Under the pieces are notes generated by a model. The model was given only the letters and a program-made list of their open reading frames with translations. It was not told the origin of the DNA and did not search any database. 64,000 nucleotides of DNA from positions 80,775-144,774 of the forward strand of contig PGYQ01000001.1 in assembly GCA_002839745.1 (NCBI GenBank). The letters are read 5' to 3'. Shown piece by piece: positions 1 to 9,392 of this stretch. Position 1 is the stretch's first letter. The number at the start of each line of letters is the position of its first letter. Source of the stretch: Candidatus Kuenenbacteria bacterium HGW-Kuenenbacteria-1 (lineage in GTDB: Bacteria > Patescibacteriota > Patescibacteriia > UBA2591 > PGYQ01). A program made the position numbers and the translations under genes.

Positions 1-1848
1 CAATCTCCAGTTTCTAATTGTCTATCAACTAATTGCAGTTGGAATGATTTTGCTATTTTAGTTAGGGCTAATTCTCAAGCCGAACCATTTTGTCAGGCAT
101 TAGAACAAGCAGGAATTCCTTATCAATTTGTTGCTAAACAAGGACTTTATAATAAACCAATAATTTTAGATATTTGGGCTTATTTAAAATTATTAGATGA
201 TTATCATGAAAGTCCAGCACTTTATCGAATTTTAAATTGCCCGCTTTTTAAAATAGAAACTAAAGATTTAATAAATTTAAATTATTGGGCTCGAAGAAAA
301 AATTGGTCTCTTTTTGAAACTTTAAATAAAGCTGTAATTTTGGGTGGATTTTCTAAAGAAACAATAGAGCAGACAAATAAACTTTTAGGATTTATTCAAA
401 AACATAGTCAATTAGCTCGAGAAAAAAGTGTCAGTAAAGTGGTTTTTGCTTTTTTAGAAGACACTGGCTATCTTAAATTATTAATACAATCCGAATGTAA
501 AAAAAATGAAGATTCAATTAATTTTTTAAATCAGTTTTTTAAAAAAATTGAAGAATTTGAAAGAAATAATATTGATAAATCAATAAAAAATTTTAAAGAA
601 GAATTAGAATTAATTTTAGAAGCAGGTGATGAAGGCGCTTTAAAAGATGATTTAAAAGAGGGACCAGAAGCAGTAAAAGTAATGACTATTCATGGAGCAA
701 AAGGCTTGGAATTTAAATATGTTTTTATTGTTAATTTAGTTGATCGTCGTTTTCCTACAATTGAAAAAAAAGAAAGTATTGAATTGTCTAATGCTTTAAT
801 CAAAGAAATTATTCCAAAAGGGGATATTCATTTGGAAGAAGAAAGGCGTTTATTTTATGTGGCAATGACTCGTGCCAAAATGGGACTTTTTTTTACTTCT
901 GCTGAAGATTATGGCGGGCAAAGAAGTAAAAAATTATCAAGATTTTTAGATGAAATCAAAATTCAATCAATTTTAAAAAATAAAAATTCTGTTGAAAAAA
1001 TAGATAATCAATTAATAGTAGATAAATTTATAAAAAAATATTCTAAAAAATTTGCTATAAATTCTGATGAAATTGAAAAAGATATAAAATATTTTTTTCC
1101 AAAAAAATTTAGTTTTACTCAATTTAGGGCTTTTGAAACTTGTCCTTTGCAATATAAATTTGCTCATATTTTACGTATTCCGATTAAAGGACGATTTACT
1201 TTTAGTTTTGGAAAAACAATGCATAGTACTTTATATAAATTTTTTCAAAGAATAATTACTCCTTTAAATGTAGAACAAATGGATTTATTTTTTTCTTCAG
1301 ATCAATTATTACAAATTTATAAAGAAAGTTGGATTAATGATTGGTATGAAAATAAAAAACATCAAGAAGAATATAAAAAAATAGGAGAAGAAATTTTAAA
1401 AGAATTTTTTAATTCAATTAAAAATAATCCACCAAAAGTTAAATATTTAGAATTGGGATTTAATTTTAAATTAAATGATTTTATTATTAAAGGAGTAATG
1501 GATAGGGTAGATGAAACAGAGAATGGAATTGAAATTATTGATTATAAAACAGGGAAGGTTAAGGATGAAAAAAAAATAACCATAGAAGATAAGGAACAAC
1601 TTTTAATTTATCAAATGGCCGCACAAGAAATTTTTAAAGGAAAATCATTAAAATTAACTTTTCATTATTTAAATGAGAATAAAAAAATTTCTTTTTTTGG
1701 GAAAGAAAAAGAATTAAATTTTTTGAAAGAAAAAATTATTAAAATAATTGAGGAAATTAAAAAAAGTGATTTTGCTCCAACTCCTAATCAATTTAAATGT
1801 AAATTTTGTGATTTTAAAGAAATTTGCGAAGCATCAAATAAAATTTAA
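1..1848 (+). CDS. UvrD/PcrA-family helicase C-terminal part fused to a PD-(D/E)XK nuclease with a probable Fe-S Cys cluster (5' end outside the window)
   Basis: Frame is open from base 1 (QSPVSN...WNDFAILVRAN). It has helicase motifs MTIHGAKGLEF and EERRLFYVAMTRA, nuclease motifs GVMDRVD and IIDYKTG, and Cys pattern CPLQY...CKFCDFKEIC. Confidence 0.9.
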   Translation, partial: QSPVSNCLSTNCSWNDFAILVRANSQAEPFCQALEQAGIPYQFVAKQGLYNKPIILDIWAYLKLLDDYHESPALYRILNCPLFKIETKDLINLNYWARRKNWSLFETLNKAVILGGFSKETIEQTNKLLGFIQKHSQLAREKSVSKVVFAFLEDTGYLKLLIQSECKKNEDSINFLNQFFKKIEEFERNNIDKSIKNFKEELELILEAGDEGALKDDLKEGPEAVKVMTIHGAKGLEFKYVFIVNLVDRRFPTIEKKESIELSNALIKEIIPKGDIHLEEERRLFYVAMTRAKMGLFFTSAEDYGGQRSKKLSRFLDEIKIQSILKNKNSVEKIDNQLIVDKFIKKYSKKFAINSDEIEKDIKYFFPKKFSFTQFRAFETCPLQYKFAHILRIPIKGRFTFSFGKTMHSTLYKFFQRIITPLNVEQMDLFFSSDQLLQIYKESWINDWYENKKHQEEYKKIGEEILKEFFNSIKNNPPKVKYLELGFNFKLNDFIIKGVMDRVDETENGIEIIDYKTGKVKDEKKITIEDKEQLLIYQMAAQEIFKGKSLKLTFHYLNENKKISFFGKEKELNFLKEKIIKIIEEIKKSDFAPTPNQFKCKFCDFKEICEASNKI

Positions 1849-1870
1849 AATTTAAAATTATTTTAATTTT

Positions 1871-1952
1871 GTCGGAGTGGCGAAATTGGTAGACGCGCTA
1901 GGTTTAGGGCCTAGTAGGGAAACCTGTGAGAGTTCGAATCTCTCCTCCGATA
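1871..1952 (+). tRNA. tRNA-Leu (TAG)
   Basis: Acceptor GTCGGAG/CTCCGAT, D-loop TGGTAGAC, anticodon arm CTAGG-TTTAGGG-CCTAG, long variable arm, GTTCGAATC. CCA is not encoded. Confidence 0.93.
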
Positions 1953-2035
1953 TTTATAAATAAAAATGGACAAAAGGATAATTTTATATATTATTATAAA
2001 TAATAAAATGAATTTTATTTTTAATAAAAAATAAT

Positions 2036-3573
2036 ATGACTAAAAAAATTAATTTAATTTTAATTATCGCGATTATTGTTTTGGTAATTATAAACATTGG
2101 TACTGTTTATTTTTTGTATTTAAAACAAAATAATAAAATTGATAATAAAAAACAAGAAGTTAATATTATTCCAGAAAATAATATTAGCAATGAGAATGAG
2201 ATATTGGCTGATAAAAAATTATCAACCAGTACATCAGAAAAAAATATTGTGGTTGCTTGGAATGAGTGGCCAATTACAACAATTTTTGGGCAATTATTTC
2301 CTTATGCGCAAATCGAGGAAGTAGTAAAGAATTTTAATAGCAAAAAAGAGAACATAGGTAGTCAAATTGATAAGGACGTTTTTGAAGATAGCGTTAAAAT
2401 TTATAAAGTTGGCGTAATAGCGCAAGGTGATTATTTAGGTGGAGAATTGTTTATTTTAAAATGTATATCAGGACAAGAAGGGATGTATAAAGAACAAATG
2501 TTTCGTGTAATTAAAACAAAGGATGATCGTCTTGTTCTACTTTCTAAATATTCACAAGAACCTTTAGATATTCTAAAAGAATTATGTATTATAGATGATA
2601 AAACTGTAATTTCTGATTTAGAAAAATTGCCAGTCAATATTTCAATACTAAATTCCAAAATTAAATTAATAAAAAATTTAAAAGAACCATTTTTATTAAT
2701 TAATGATTATCAAGAACCAAAAAAACTTTTTGAATATAGTAAAAATGAATTTGTTTATAAAGACAAAGAAAGCAATTGTTTTTTTATTAAAGCGCCGGAT
2801 GGAACAGCCAAAGAATATTATTTGGATTTAGATTTTATTGGTTTAGCAGGAAATAGCGAAGGATCTAATAATAAAAGTATGTTTGCCTACGGAGGTATAA
2901 TTCCTAATATGTTGGATTTTATTTGGTTGGATGACAGTAAAAATAGTAATGAATATACTTTTCAAAAAACTGGTATGTGTGGCTCTTTTGGTTGTTATAA
3001 TTACGCCGATTATATTACTGATATTTCTCAATTAGAAAAAGTTGGACAAACGGCAAATAACAATGCTATTTATGAATTAAAAGATAAAAATTTTACTATC
3101 AAAAATGCTGAAAATAGTATTTTAAAAGAAATCTATAATAATTACTATCCGGGATATGATGAAGTAAAAAAACAAGAAAAAACAAAAATAAGTTTTGAAG
3201 AATTTGTCAAAGAACACCCGCTTATTTATTGGCAAGATCCATTTGGAGAATTTATTGAATTTAAAAACGCTAAATATCTTCCAGCTGTTGAATGTAGCTA
3301 ATTGGTTTAATTCAAACAGAAATTGATGAATTTATTGATTTTTGGTTGCCTAAGATGCAAAAAGATAATTATTATTTTATAACTTTTGTTTCGCAAAAAG
3401 AGTTTAATTTAATCGCGCCGTTAAATGTTTTGCCTCAGCCAGACACTGTTATTAAAGTATTTATGGATTATCAAGGTTTAGATAAACCAGTTCCAATTGA
3501 AGAGCAAGAAATTTCAATTCCAAAAAGAAATGGTTTTACTGTTGTTGAATGGGGTGGCGCGTTAAGAAAGTAA
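2036..3573 (+). pseudogene. Membrane-anchored hypothetical protein, apparently broken by an internal deletion (ORF 2036-3301 plus C-terminal fragment about 3301-3573)
   Basis: N-terminal TM helix. The ORF ends YLPAVECS*, where recalled CPR homologs continue GKPVIYLYP. Another frame immediately reads IGLIQTEIDEFIDFWLPKM...RNGFTVVEWGG, the usual end of that domain. Confidence 0.6.
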
Positions 3574-3650
3574 TTAAATTTTATATTGTTATTATTTTAA
3601 ATAAATCTGATGATTATTAAAATAAATAGATTTTTTAAAAAATTTAAAAT

Positions 3651-4499
3651 ATGAAAAATAATCAACTTATTGTTTTTCAAAATAAAGAGATTCGTCGCCA
3701 TTGGGACGAGAAACAAGAAAAATGGTATTTTGCCATTGTTGATATCATTGCTATTTTGACAAATAGCGATAATCCACAAGTTTATTGGCGTGTATTAAAA
3801 AAACGTCTTATTGATGAAGGTTCAAATAAAACCGTTACAAAATGTAACGGTTTGAAAATGGTGGCGACAGATGGGAAAATGCGTTTTACTGATGTTGCAG
3901 ATGTGGAAATGTTATTGAGATTAATTCAGTCAGTTCCAAGTCCAAAAGCAGAGCCAATTAAATTATGGCTGGCAAAAGTTGGTTATGAAAGAATTCAAGA
4001 AATATCTGATCCGGAAAAAGCTTTAAATAGATCAAGAGATTATTGGCAAAAAATGGGCAGAAGTCAAAAATGGATACAACAAAGAATGATGGGGCAGGAA
4101 ATTAGAAATAAACTAACAGATTATTGGAAAAATAATGAAGTTAAGGAGCAGGATGAATACGCTATTTTGACAAACATTATCCATCAAGAATGGAGCGATT
4201 TATCTGTTAAGGAGCATAAAAATTTGAAAAAGTTAAAAACAGAAAATTTACGCGATCATATGTCTGACGCTGAATTAGTTTTTACAGCATTAGCGGAACT
4301 TTCCACTCGTCAAATCGCTGAAACTATGGAAACAAAAGGTTTGGAAGAAAACAAGATTCCAGCTAAAAAAGGCGGAAGAATTGCTAAAAACGCTAGATTA
4401 GAATTAGAACAAAAAACGAAAAAAAGTATAGTAACTGGCAAAAATTTTAAATTGCCTGTTAGAAGAAATAAAAAATTATCTAACAGAAAAAATAACTAA
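3651..4499 (+). CDS. Bro-N domain (phage antirepressor-like) DNA-binding protein
   Basis: IRRHWDEKQEKWYFAIVDIIAILT, YWRVLKKRL, LRLIQSVPSPKAEPIKLWLA, ENLRDHM motifs. Confidence 0.8.
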   Translation: MKNNQLIVFQNKEIRRHWDEKQEKWYFAIVDIIAILTNSDNPQVYWRVLKKRLIDEGSNKTVTKCNGLKMVATDGKMRFTDVADVEMLLRLIQSVPSPKAEPIKLWLAKVGYERIQEISDPEKALNRSRDYWQKMGRSQKWIQQRMMGQEIRNKLTDYWKNNEVKEQDEYAILTNIIHQEWSDLSVKEHKNLKKLKTENLRDHMSDAELVFTALAELSTRQIAETMETKGLEENKIPAKKGGRIAKNARLELEQKTKKSIVTGKNFKLPVRRNKKLSNRKNN

Positions 4500-6383
4500 A
4501 TGCAAAGAATAAAAACCACAATGCTTTTCTCAATATTAATCCTGCTAATAATAATTCAAGCAGGATTAATTTTTTGTTATCAATCTAGTTTTAAAGATGC
4601 GAGCAAGGGTTTACATCTATCAACTGCGCAAAAAAATAATATCGCTCCAAGCAATATGCCAACTCATTATTCTTATTTTTCAAAAAAAGAATTTTTTGAT
4701 GAGGCGTATGAACAAGCAATTGGACAAATAAAATCAGCTGATTCTAAAATTTATGGCGGAATAATTCCTCATCATTTAATTGTCAAAGATAAAATCGCCG
4801 CGTTTTTTGAAGGCATTAAACAAAATAATTATGAAACAATTATTTTAATCGGACCCAATCATTTTAGACAAGGCAAGTCTGATATTATTTTATCTCAAGC
4901 TCAATGGAAAACTCCTTATGGAATAATTGAACCGGATCTTAATTTAATTGAAAAATTAAAACAAATAGCTGGCATCAATATTGAAGAAGAACCGTTTATT
5001 GCCGAACATTCAATCTCTGGGTTGGTTGGTTTTATTAAAAAAAGTTTTCCTGATTCTCAAATCGTTCCAATCATTTTAAAAAATAAAACTTCTTCAGAAA
5101 AAAGTACGCAATTAGCCAAAGCAATTTATGAAAATGTTGATCCAGAAAAAATTTTAGTTTTGAGTAGCGTTGATTTTTCGCACTATCAGCCAACAGCAGT
5201 CGCCAATTTTCATGACCAAAAAAGCAACTCAGTAATCAGTAATTTTGATTTTGATAAAATTTATAATTTAGAAATAGATTCTCCCTCTTCTATTTATGTT
5301 TTGTTAAAATATTTAGAAAAAATAAAAGCGAAAAATAGCGAATTAATTTTTTCAACCAATTCAGGAACTTTAATACAAAAAACAGACGAACCAACAACCA
5401 GCCATAATTTTTTTTATTTTAAAAAACACGAAGTAAAAAAAGAAAGTTTAATTAACTTTCTTTTTTTTGGCGATTTAATGCTTGATCGCAATGTTGGTCA
5501 AAAAATAAAACAACATGGGTTAGATTATTTTTTTTCTAAATTGGCTGGTGAAGAGAATAGATTTTTTCAAGGCATTGATATAATTAGCGCTAATTTAGAA
5601 GGCGCGACGACAAATAATGGCGCTCATTACAATCCAAAAATGGCTTATGATTTTGCTTTTAATCCCGAGATTATAAAAGCATTAAAAAAATATCATTTTA
5701 ATTTTTTTAATTTGGCGAATAATCATTTTTCAGATCAAGGTGAAAAAGGAATAACAGAAACTACGCAAAATTTAGACAAATTAAAATTAAATTATTCTGG
5801 TTGTCGCGATGGAATGATTGATGAAAAATGCGCAAGCAAAATTATTGAAATAGACAATCGTAAAATTGGTTTAATTGGATTAAGTATGGTTTATAGCGAA
5901 TTAGACAAGAAAAAGCTTGATGATATTTTTAAAAAAATAAAAAATAAAACTGATTTAATAATTGTTAATATTCATTGGGGAACAGAATATAGTCATAAAT
6001 TCAGTAAAACCCAGCAAGAAATAGCTTATCAATTAATTGACGCTGGAGCTGATATTGTTATTGGTCATCATCCGCATGTTGTTCAAGGAATGGAAATTTA
6101 TCGTAATAAACCAATTTTTTATTCTTTGGGTAATTTTATTTTTGATCAATATTTTTCAAAAGACACGCAAGAAGGATTGGCGGTTGGTGTAAATGTAATT
6201 CAATCAAAAGAACAAAATAAGCTTGAATTTTATTTATTTCCTTTTAAATCAATAGCCAGTCAAGTAAAATTAATGGACAACAAAGAAAAAAATAAATTTT
6301 TAGAAAATTTTATTAATTGGTCAAACATTGACGAAAAAATTATTGAGCAAATTAAAAGTAATAAAATAGAATTTAATTATTAA
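4500..6383 (+). CDS. Memo-like (AmmeMemoRadiSam B) domain fused to a CapA-family metallophosphatase
   Basis: N-terminal signal/TM. Memo motifs GIIPHH, IGPNH, EHS, SVDFSHY. CapA motifs GDLML, NLEG, LANNH, IHWG, GHHPH, YSLGNFIFDQ. Confidence 0.85.
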   Translation: MQRIKTTMLFSILILLIIIQAGLIFCYQSSFKDASKGLHLSTAQKNNIAPSNMPTHYSYFSKKEFFDEAYEQAIGQIKSADSKIYGGIIPHHLIVKDKIAAFFEGIKQNNYETIILIGPNHFRQGKSDIILSQAQWKTPYGIIEPDLNLIEKLKQIAGINIEEEPFIAEHSISGLVGFIKKSFPDSQIVPIILKNKTSSEKSTQLAKAIYENVDPEKILVLSSVDFSHYQPTAVANFHDQKSNSVISNFDFDKIYNLEIDSPSSIYVLLKYLEKIKAKNSELIFSTNSGTLIQKTDEPTTSHNFFYFKKHEVKKESLINFLFFGDLMLDRNVGQKIKQHGLDYFFSKLAGEENRFFQGIDIISANLEGATTNNGAHYNPKMAYDFAFNPEIIKALKKYHFNFFNLANNHFSDQGEKGITETTQNLDKLKLNYSGCRDGMIDEKCASKIIEIDNRKIGLIGLSMVYSELDKKKLDDIFKKIKNKTDLIIVNIHWGTEYSHKFSKTQQEIAYQLIDAGADIVIGHHPHVVQGMEIYRNKPIFYSLGNFIFDQYFSKDTQEGLAVGVNVIQSKEQNKLEFYLFPFKSIASQVKLMDNKEKNKFLENFINWSNIDEKIIEQIKSNKIEFNY

Positions 6384-6393
6384 ATGTAGTATA

Positions 6394-6426
6394 CTTTGAA
6401 ATATTATAAAATATATAGTTTCAAGG
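6394..6426. repeat. Imperfect intergenic palindrome
   Basis: ctttgaaatattata-aaa-tatatagtttcaagg. Confidence 0.45.
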
Positions 6427-6442
6427 ATTTTAATAAAAATTT

Positions 6443-7648
6443 ATGCAAGAAAATCAATTATCGCCATTGGCCGATCGAATGAGGCCGGAAATATTAGAGG
6501 ATTTTTTAGGACAGGATGATATTTTAGGTTCGGACAAAATGTTAAATCAAGCCATAAAAGAAGACAAAACGCCTTCAATGATTTTTTGGGGACCACCGGG
6601 AAGCGGCAAAACAACATTAGCAAATATTATTGCCAAACAAACAAAATCAGATTTTATTCAAATTAGCGCGGTTTCGTCCGGGGTAAAAGATTTAAGAGAG
6701 ATTATCAAAAAAGCGCAAGAAAATAAATTGCAAAATAAAAGAACGATTTTGTTTATTGACGAAATTCATCGATGGAATAAAACTCAACAAGATGGACTTT
6801 TGCCTTATGTTGAAAAAGGACTAATTGCTTTAATTGGCGCGACAACTGAAAATCCCAGTTTTGAAGTTCGCTCGGCCCTGCTTTCTAGATGTCGGGTTTT
6901 TGTTTTAAAACAATTAAGCGAAGAACATTTAATTGAAATTTTAAACAAGGCGATAAAAGATAAAGAAAAAGGATTGGGTGATTTAAATTTAAAAATAGAA
7001 AAAAATATTTTGAAAAAAATTAGCCAGATGTCAAATGGCGATGCGCGAGTTGCCTTGAATGTTTTGGAATACGCGTCTAGTTTGTCAAACAATATTACTT
7101 TTAAAATTATAAAAGAAGCGTTTCAAAAATCGTATTTGCTTTATGATAAAGATGGCGATGAACATTATAATATTATTTCCGCTTTGCATAAATCAATGCG
7201 CGGTTCTGACGCTGATGCCTCATTGTATTGGTTGGCGCGAATGTTAGAAGCAGGAGAGGATCCTTTGTATATTGCTCGCAGATTAGTTCGTTTTGCCAGC
7301 GAAGATATTGGTTTGGCAAATTCTCGCGCTTTAGAGCAAACTGTGTCCGTATATAATGCTTGCCATTTTATTGGTATGCCTGAATGTAATGTTATTTTAG
7401 CACAAGCTGTTGTTTATTTAGCAAAATGTAAAAAATCAAATGATTTATATTGTGCTTATGAAAAAGCAAAAAAAGATGTTGAACGGTATGGTAATTTACC
7501 TGTGCCTTTACATCTTCGCAATGCGCCGACAAAATTAATGAAAGATTTAAATTATGGCAAGGATTATAAATATAGCCCGGATTTTTATTATCAAGAATCG
7601 CAGGAATACTTGCCTAAGAAATTAAAACACAGAAAATATTTAAAATAA
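6443..7648 (+). CDS. rarA: Replication-associated recombination protein A (MgsA AAA+ ATPase)
   Basis: PLADRMRP, WGPPGSGKTT, FIDEIHR, GATTENP, ISALHKSMRGSD, VPLHLRNAPT. Confidence 0.95.
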   Translation: MQENQLSPLADRMRPEILEDFLGQDDILGSDKMLNQAIKEDKTPSMIFWGPPGSGKTTLANIIAKQTKSDFIQISAVSSGVKDLREIIKKAQENKLQNKRTILFIDEIHRWNKTQQDGLLPYVEKGLIALIGATTENPSFEVRSALLSRCRVFVLKQLSEEHLIEILNKAIKDKEKGLGDLNLKIEKNILKKISQMSNGDARVALNVLEYASSLSNNITFKIIKEAFQKSYLLYDKDGDEHYNIISALHKSMRGSDADASLYWLARMLEAGEDPLYIARRLVRFASEDIGLANSRALEQTVSVYNACHFIGMPECNVILAQAVVYLAKCKKSNDLYCAYEKAKKDVERYGNLPVPLHLRNAPTKLMKDLNYGKDYKYSPDFYYQESQEYLPKKLKHRKYLK

Positions 7649-7659
7649 TTACAAAAAAT

Positions 7660-8613
7660 ATGAGAGAAAATGAATTTTATTTTAATGACAAACCAAAAGA
7701 TGAAAATCTTTTATTAGAAGAAGAAATTGAGGAAGGATCTTTTTTAGAAAAAGGGAAGGAGTTTGAATTGTTTCAAAAAAATGAAGAATTATTTCAAGCT
7801 TTAGAATTAGAAAATGCAAAAGAAGAAAGAAATGAAAAGGAAATTAAAAAAATTAAAGATACGATTATTTTGGCTAATAGAAAATTGGTAATTTTTTTTG
7901 TTAATAAGTATAGGGATCAAGGACTTGAAGTATCTGATTTAATTCAAGAAGGAAATATTGGTTTATTGGAAGCAGTAGAAAAATTTGATTATCGAAAAGG
8001 TTATAAATTTTCCACTTACGCTATTTTTTGGATTAAACAGGAAGTGGTTAGAGCTATAGCTGAGCAATCAAGAATTATTCATCTTCCTGAAGGTATAATA
8101 CAAAAAATTGGGAGATTTGAACAAGCTAAAAATACTTTAATTCAAGAATTGCAAAGAGAGCCATCTTTAGAAGAAATTGCCAAGAAAATGGGAGTTGATC
8201 ATGAAACAATACGAAGCATAATGCAGGCATTTCAAAAAGTAGTTTCATTAGAAACACCAGCTAACAATGATGGCGATACAGTTTTAGGGGATTTTATTTC
8301 TAATGAAGAGCCAGTCATTAAGCAAGAAATAGTGTCTGAAAGGTTTATGAGCTATATTAAAGAAAGAATTTTTCAATCACAAATTTCACAGAAAAAAAAA
8401 GATATTTTAGGAGATTTATTTGGTTTAAACAATGTAAAATTAGAAACAGAAGAAGAAATTGGGGAAAAATATAATTGTTCTAGACAGTATGTTTCTGCCA
8501 CTAAAAAAAAGTTTATTAAAAAGATTAAAGGGCTTTCAGAATTTGAAAAATTATATATGGAACTTTTTAGAAATTCGACTAAATATAAAAAAATAACTGG
8601 TTTTGACCATTAA
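7660..8613 (+). CDS. Sigma-70 family RNA polymerase sigma factor (RpoD-like paralog lacking region 1.1)
   Basis: Region 2 DLIQEGNIGLLEAVEKFDYRKGYKFSTYA, region 3 REPSLEEIA...VSLETP, divergent region 4. Confidence 0.85.
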   Translation: MRENEFYFNDKPKDENLLLEEEIEEGSFLEKGKEFELFQKNEELFQALELENAKEERNEKEIKKIKDTIILANRKLVIFFVNKYRDQGLEVSDLIQEGNIGLLEAVEKFDYRKGYKFSTYAIFWIKQEVVRAIAEQSRIIHLPEGIIQKIGRFEQAKNTLIQELQREPSLEEIAKKMGVDHETIRSIMQAFQKVVSLETPANNDGDTVLGDFISNEEPVIKQEIVSERFMSYIKERIFQSQISQKKKDILGDLFGLNNVKLETEEEIGEKYNCSRQYVSATKKKFIKKIKGLSEFEKLYMELFRNSTKYKKITGFDH

Positions 8614-8851
8614 ACCATCATTGTCCAATAGTTTTAAGGGAAAGTATAAAGAAATTAAACTTCCAATACTTGTAATATTATCAGAAGATGATAAAGTAAT
8701 AGATACTAAAATAGCTGAAGAATTTTATCAAGAAATTTCATCCACAAAAAAGTAATTGATTATTTTGAAAAATTCAGGGCATGTTATTCAGCTTGATTAT
8801 GAATGGGAAAAAGTTGTTTCTGCTATATCAATATTTATTTATAAAAAATAA
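8597..8851 (+). pseudogene. C-terminal remnant of an alpha/beta hydrolase (carboxylesterase-like) with an internal stop
   Basis: Translation KEIKLPILVILSEDDKVID...SSTKK*LIILKNSGHVIQLDYEWEKVV contains the acid-residue and catalytic His segments. TAA at 8753-8755; no start codon. Confidence 0.65.
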
Positions 8852-8889
8852 TTTATTTATTAATTACTCATTAAATAAAAAATAATTTG

Positions 8890-9372
8890 ATGAGAGAAAA
8901 AAATATGGGAAATTTTAATCGAGGTGTAGGAAGTTTTGACAGAGGCAATCGAAGAGCTGGAAGTCGTTTTAGCGGAAGAGATTTAGGAAAAGGAGATAGA
9001 GGTCCAATCACTATGTTTAGAGCAATTTGTGATGAATGCAAAAAACCTTGCGAAGTTCCTTTTCGTCCTACAGCAGGAAAACCTGTATATTGTAATGATT
9101 GTTTCAATATACGTGGCAGGGTGAATCAAGATAGAGCACCTAAAAGAGATTTTAATGACAGACCACAAACTCCAAGACCTATTTTTTTAAATAATGAAAA
9201 AGAAGATGATATAAAAAAACAATTAGAATTAGTAAATTCAAAGTTAGAAAAACTTATTAGTTTAATAGAAAATTTTTCTAAAGAAAAACTAAATAAAAAA
9301 GTAGAAATTGTAAAAAATATCGTAGCCTCTTTACCTAAAAAAGAAATAAAAAAGAAAACTATTAAAAAATAG
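8890..9372 (+). CDS. CxxC-x17-CxxC domain protein
   Basis: AICDECKKPCEVPFRPTAGKPVYCNDCF within RG-rich flanks. Confidence 0.85.
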   Translation: MREKNMGNFNRGVGSFDRGNRRAGSRFSGRDLGKGDRGPITMFRAICDECKKPCEVPFRPTAGKPVYCNDCFNIRGRVNQDRAPKRDFNDRPQTPRPIFLNNEKEDDIKKQLELVNSKLEKLISLIENFSKEKLNKKVEIVKNIVASLPKKEIKKKTIKK

Positions 9373-9392
9373 TATAAAAAAAATTAGTAACT

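Noticed and set aside
3651..4499. Prophage suggested by the Bro-N gene
   Set aside because: No integrase, structural or replication phage genes are nearby.
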